Source: Chloroflexota bacterium
Lineage (GTDB): Bacteria > Chloroflexota > Dehalococcoidia > Lucifugimonadales > Lucifugimonadaceae
Assembly: GCA_002719295.1 (NCBI GenBank)
Contig: PBHC01000011.1
Coordinates: forward strand, 4,132 to 33,889
DNA length: 29,758 bases
Direction of reading: 5' to 3'
The first letter of the stretch is position 1. Each line of letters begins with the position of its first letter. This document shows, one piece after another, positions 26,625 to 29,758 of the stretch. The position numbers were made by a program, and so were the translations under genes. The notes beneath the pieces were generated by a model that saw only the letters and a list, made by a program, of their open reading frames with translations, did no database searches and was not told where the DNA came from.

Positions 26625-27301
26625 TATTTAGAAATTTCTCCATCTTTCATATTGATTATTCTATGTGCTCTTCCTCCGACATAATCGGAGTGAGTAACGA
26701 TTACAAATGTTTGATTATTATCTTTATTTAATTGGATTAATAAATCCATAATAACTTGTTCATTTTCACTGTCTAAATTTCCTGTAGGTTCATCAGCCCA
26801 TACTATAGCAGGATCATTTACTAAAGCTCTAGCCAATGTAACTCTTTGTCTTTGACCTCCTGAAAGTTGACCTGGTAATTGATGTTGTTGATTTTCTAGG
26901 TCTACTTCAGCAAGTTTTTCAATTGCTTTAGATCTAGCATCCTTTCCTGAAAAACCAGATACAAGCAATGGAAGTTCTACATTTTCTACAGCTGTAAGAA
27001 CTGGAAGTAAATTATAAGTTTGAAAAACAAACCCCATTTTTTTTGCTCTAAATTCGCTTAGCTGATCATCAGATTGTTCACTTAATGATTTCCCTTGTAT
27101 GAGAATATTACCTTCATCAAAAGAATCTAAACCTGATAAGCAATTAAGCAATGTCGTTTTACCACACCCACTTGGTCCCATTACTCCTACTATTTCACCT
27201 TCTTCTATGGAAATATCTACTCCTCGTAATGCGTGAACTTGTTGGTCTTTAAGACCATAATATTTATGAAGATTATTCGTGGAGATTACTATTTCAGACA
27301 T
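26624..27301 (-). CDS. ABC ATP-binding protein (LolD/MacB-type)
   Basis: GPSGCGKTT, GFVFQTYNL, LSGGQRQR and ADEPTGNLD motifs; TAATG overlap with the permease start. Confidence 0.95.
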   Translation of the reverse strand: MSEIVISTNNLHKYYGLKDQQVHALRGVDISIEEGEIVGVMGPSGCGKTTLLNCLSGLDSFDEGNILIQGKSLSEQSDDQLSEFRAKKMGFVFQTYNLLPVLTAVENVELPLLVSGFSGKDARSKAIEKLAEVDLENQQHQLPGQLSGGQRQRVTLARALVNDPAIVWADEPTGNLDSENEQVIMDLLIQLNKDNNQTFVIVTHSDYVGGRAHRIINMKDGEISK

Positions 27302-27454
27302 TTTATTCCTAAAGTTTGTATATCAATTAACTTTATATTATCTTATCTATTGATATTAAAAGAAAAATTGTAAATTGTTGCTTTATAGTAATTCTATAAA
27401 AAAAAGTTGCTAATTATAAGAGTAAATAATAATGATATATATATACTTCAAACT

Positions 27455-28051
27455 ATGAAAAAAATAATAATTGTCAGACACGGGCAAACAAATGCGAATT
27501 CTGAAGGAAAAACACAGGGTCAAATTGATACAGATTTAAATGATATTGGATTGGGCCAAGCAAAAAAAGCTGGGGAATACATAAGAAAGAATTATGATAT
27601 AAAAGAAGCTTGGTCAAGTGACTTAAAAAGAACCGTTCAAACTGCAAATAAAATTATTAATAATTTTAAGACTTCAAAACTATTGAGAGAAATGTCTTTT
27701 GGGAAATGGGAAAACCACTTATTTAAAAATATTATTTCTGAATATCCAAAGCTGGTTAATGAATATGCCAATGCCAGTGATTCATTCAGAGCCCCTGAAG
27801 GTGAATCTTTTAAGGATATGCATGATCGTTCCGTTGGTTTTTTAAAAAGCATAAATATGGAAAATCAAGATGAAACCCTCATTGTTTCTCATGGAGGGTA
27901 TATGAGAGTACTTCTTTGTTCTATTTTAGGTCTTCCAAGAAAAAACTTACTAAATTTTCAGTTTGAAAATTGTTCTATAACTGAAGTAATTAAATATGAG
28001 AATAAAGAACCTATTCTTAGTAAAATAAATTACACTGACCATCTAAACTAA
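27455..28051 (+). CDS. Histidine phosphatase (phosphoglycerate mutase/CobC-like)
   Basis: RHGQT, SSDLKR, LREMSFG.WE, PEGES and VSHGG motifs. ATG 27455 (MKKIIIVRHG) is preferred over TTG 27407. Confidence 0.92.
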   Translation: MKKIIIVRHGQTNANSEGKTQGQIDTDLNDIGLGQAKKAGEYIRKNYDIKEAWSSDLKRTVQTANKIINNFKTSKLLREMSFGKWENHLFKNIISEYPKLVNEYANASDSFRAPEGESFKDMHDRSVGFLKSINMENQDETLIVSHGGYMRVLLCSILGLPRKNLLNFQFENCSITEVIKYENKEPILSKINYTDHLN

Positions 28052-28102
28052 AGATACTTCGACGAAAAAATGTTAAAATCAATTTATAAATAATAAAAAT
28101 CT

Positions 28103-28357
28103 ATGGTTCAAAAAAAATCTAAAAAGAACGATTCTTCTGAAGAAAATGTTATAGAACCTTGTCCAGCATCTAAAGATGGATCAGCATGTCACTGGGTGAT
28201 TGACCCTCCAAATGGACCTGTTTCATCAGGAAAATGTAAAAAATGTGGAGAATCCAAAGAATTTAAGAATTCTGTAGAATTCTCTTCTTGGTACGGTTCA
28301 AAATCAGACTTTGATGATAAGAAAAAATCTGGTAAATCGAAAGATAAATCTAAATAA
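28103..28357 (+). CDS. Small putative zinc-binding protein
   Basis: CP-x7-CHWVIDPPNGPVSSGKCKKCGESKEFKNS core with Lys-rich termini. Confidence 0.8.
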   Translation: MVQKKSKKNDSSEENVIEPCPASKDGSACHWVIDPPNGPVSSGKCKKCGESKEFKNSVEFSSWYGSKSDFDDKKKSGKSKDKSK

Positions 28358-28359
28358 AT

Positions 28360-29136
28360 ATGGATCTTGGCATAAAAAATAAAACCGCCCTTATCACTGG
28401 AGGATCTAGAGGTTTGGGTTTAGCATCCGCTATTTCTTTAGCTAAAGAGGGAGTTAATTTAGTTATATGTGCTCGTTCTAAGGAAGATCTACTGAATGCT
28501 GAAAAAACTTTACAACAATATGGTGTAAATGTAACTTCTTTGGTTCAAGAATTATCTGATGAAAAATCTGTTACTGAATTTTACAACAAAGTAAAATCAA
28601 ACGACTCTCAAATAGATATACTTGTCAACAATGTAGGAGGAAGTCTAGGCACTTCTTCTTTAGTTAAATCTAAACTTAAAGATTTTCAAAAAGTTATGGA
28701 TATCAATACTTGGGTTGCAATCAGTCTTTCAAAAATATTTGTAGAAGATATGATAAGTAATGGCTGGGGTAGAATTATAAACATTGCATCTATTTATGGA
28801 AGAGAGCATGGTGGATCTGCTCCATATATGGCAGCAAAAGCTGCTCTTATTGCCGCTACAAAACATACAGCAATTGATCTGGCTAAAACTGGTGTTACAG
28901 CTAATTGCATAGCTCCTGGCTCAATAAAACATGAAAAAGGAAGCTGGGAAAAGTTTGTAGACAACAATACTGAAGAAGTAGTTGAAAAATTTATCGATCA
29001 AAACCTACCTATGGGAAAATTTGGATATCCTGAAGCAGTAGGTGATACAGTAGCTTTTCTTGCATCAAAAAATTCAGAAATGATTTTAGGCACATGCCTT
29101 AATGTAGATGGTGGACAATCAAATAGTTTGTTCTAA
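28360..29136 (+). CDS. Short-chain dehydrogenase/reductase (FabG-like)
   Basis: TGGSRGLG, LVNNVG, NIAS, YMAAK, IAPG and VDGG motifs. Confidence 0.93.
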   Translation: MDLGIKNKTALITGGSRGLGLASAISLAKEGVNLVICARSKEDLLNAEKTLQQYGVNVTSLVQELSDEKSVTEFYNKVKSNDSQIDILVNNVGGSLGTSSLVKSKLKDFQKVMDINTWVAISLSKIFVEDMISNGWGRIINIASIYGREHGGSAPYMAAKAALIAATKHTAIDLAKTGVTANCIAPGSIKHEKGSWEKFVDNNTEEVVEKFIDQNLPMGKFGYPEAVGDTVAFLASKNSEMILGTCLNVDGGQSNSLF

Positions 29137-29165
29137 TTATCCACCACAAAATACAAAATAATTTT

Positions 29166-29555
29166 CTAAGAAATTTCTACGCTTGCACCTGATGCTTCAA
29201 CCTTAGTTTTGATTTCATCAGATTCATCTTTAGAAACACCTTCTTTAATTGGCTTAGGTGCAGATTCAACTAAATCTTTAGCTTCTTTCAAGCCTAAAGC
29301 CGTTACTTCTCTTACTGCTTTAATAACAGCTATCTTATTTGCTCCAACCTCTTTAAGAGTAACTGTGAATTCAGTTTTTTCTTCTCCTCCACCAGCATCT
29401 CCGCCAGCATCTCCGCCAGCTGCAGGCGCTGCTACAGCAACAGGTGCTGCCGCACTTACTCCAAACTCTTCTTCGAGAGCTTTTACAACTTCAGCTAAAT
29501 CAAGTACTGACATTTGCTTAATTTCTTCAATTAATTCATCCTTAGATAATGCCAT
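29166..29555 (-). CDS. rplL: 50S ribosomal protein L7/L12
   Basis: [19 protein letters not shown] and [21 protein letters not shown] motifs; SD AAGGAG. Confidence 0.99.
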   Translation of the reverse strand: MALSKDELIEEIKQMSVLDLAEVVKALEEEFGVSAAAPVAVAAPAAGGDAGGDAGGGEEKTEFTVTLKEVGANKIAVIKAVREVTALGLKEAKDLVESAPKPIKEGVSKDESDEIKTKVEASGASVEIS

Positions 29556-29564
29556 ATTTTTCTC

Positions 29565-29605
29565 CTTTTTTTTATTTGCTTTTTTTTATTTGCTTTTTTT
29601 TATTT
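29565..29605 (-). repeat. Three tandem copies (14-bp period) of AAATAAAAAAAAG in the rplL 5' region
   Basis: Plus-strand CTTTTTTTTATTT(G) begins at 29565, 29579 and 29593; the gene-proximal copy runs into the SD. Confidence 0.8.
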
Positions 29606-29611
29606 ATTTAT

Positions 29612-29758
29612 TTATTTTTTATTATCTTCTTCAGCTGGTGCTTCTGCTTCTACAGCAGGTTCTTCAGCCGGTGCTTCTGCTTCTACAGCAGGCTCTTCAG
29701 CTGGTGCTTCTGCTTCTACAGCAGGTTCTTCAGCCGGTGCTTCTGCTTCTACAGCAGG
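29612..29758 (-). CDS. 3' end of a CDS ending (PAVEAEAPAEE)4-DNKK*; probably ribosomal protein L10 with an acidic tail
   Basis: Open frame from the window edge to TAA at 29614-29612. The identity as rplJ is inferred only from the conserved rplJ-rplL gene order. Confidence 0.7.
   Translation of the reverse strand, partial: PAVEAEAPAEEPAVEAEAPAEEPAVEAEAPAEEPAVEAEAPAEEDNKK
29627..29758 (-). repeat. 33-bp coding tandem repeat, at least 4 copies
   Basis: CCTGCTGTAGAAGCAGAAGCACC(G/A)GCTGAAGA(A/G) x4, running to the window end. Confidence 0.95.

Noticed and set aside
3060..27457. General leaderless transcription (TANNNT 5-7 nt before ATGs at 3072, 12581 and 27455)
   Set aside because: Suggestive, but such hexamers are very frequent at this AT content and none of these has a convincing -35; TSS data are needed.
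1356..27852. Short antisense or nested ORFs in the track (1356, 3961, 7035, 8725, 10637, 11761, 11996, 13180, 13655, 17286, 19768, 24757, 25336, 27637)
   Set aside because: They lie within well-supported genes, have no recognisable motifs, and are typical shadow frames.
29627..29758. CRISPR array
   Set aside because: The 33-bp units are contiguous with no spacers and keep an open reading frame.

Overview
Strongly AT-rich (roughly 30% GC by eye), densely packed bacterial chromosome segment. The gene content suggests a streamlined marine organism, most plausibly a Dehalococcoidia/SAR202-type Chloroflexota (inference only). It holds three tRNAs (Ala-TGC, Gln-TTG, Asn-GTT), panC-panB, a signal-peptide-less DTE/Q105 (blue-type) proteorhodopsin with no retinal genes nearby, an orphan OppD/OppF ATPase pair, a class III aminotransferase, two Gfo/Idh/MocA oxidoreductases, metY plus a metX-metW fusion, two MFS transporters, crcB, a DUF369-tenA-bicupin operon, mobA, an FtsX/LolD-type ABC system, rplL and the repeat-bearing end of the upstream gene (probably rplJ). 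No mobile element or CRISPR is seen. The standout is an unannotated, apparently leaderless, Met-rich 22-aa leader ORF (MELFRFTMNMNMMMMTFSEGEA) upstream of metY. It comes with a promoter and a complete 1:2 / 2:3 / 3:4 hairpin set, which predicts a ribosome-mediated, methionine-sensing transcription attenuator.
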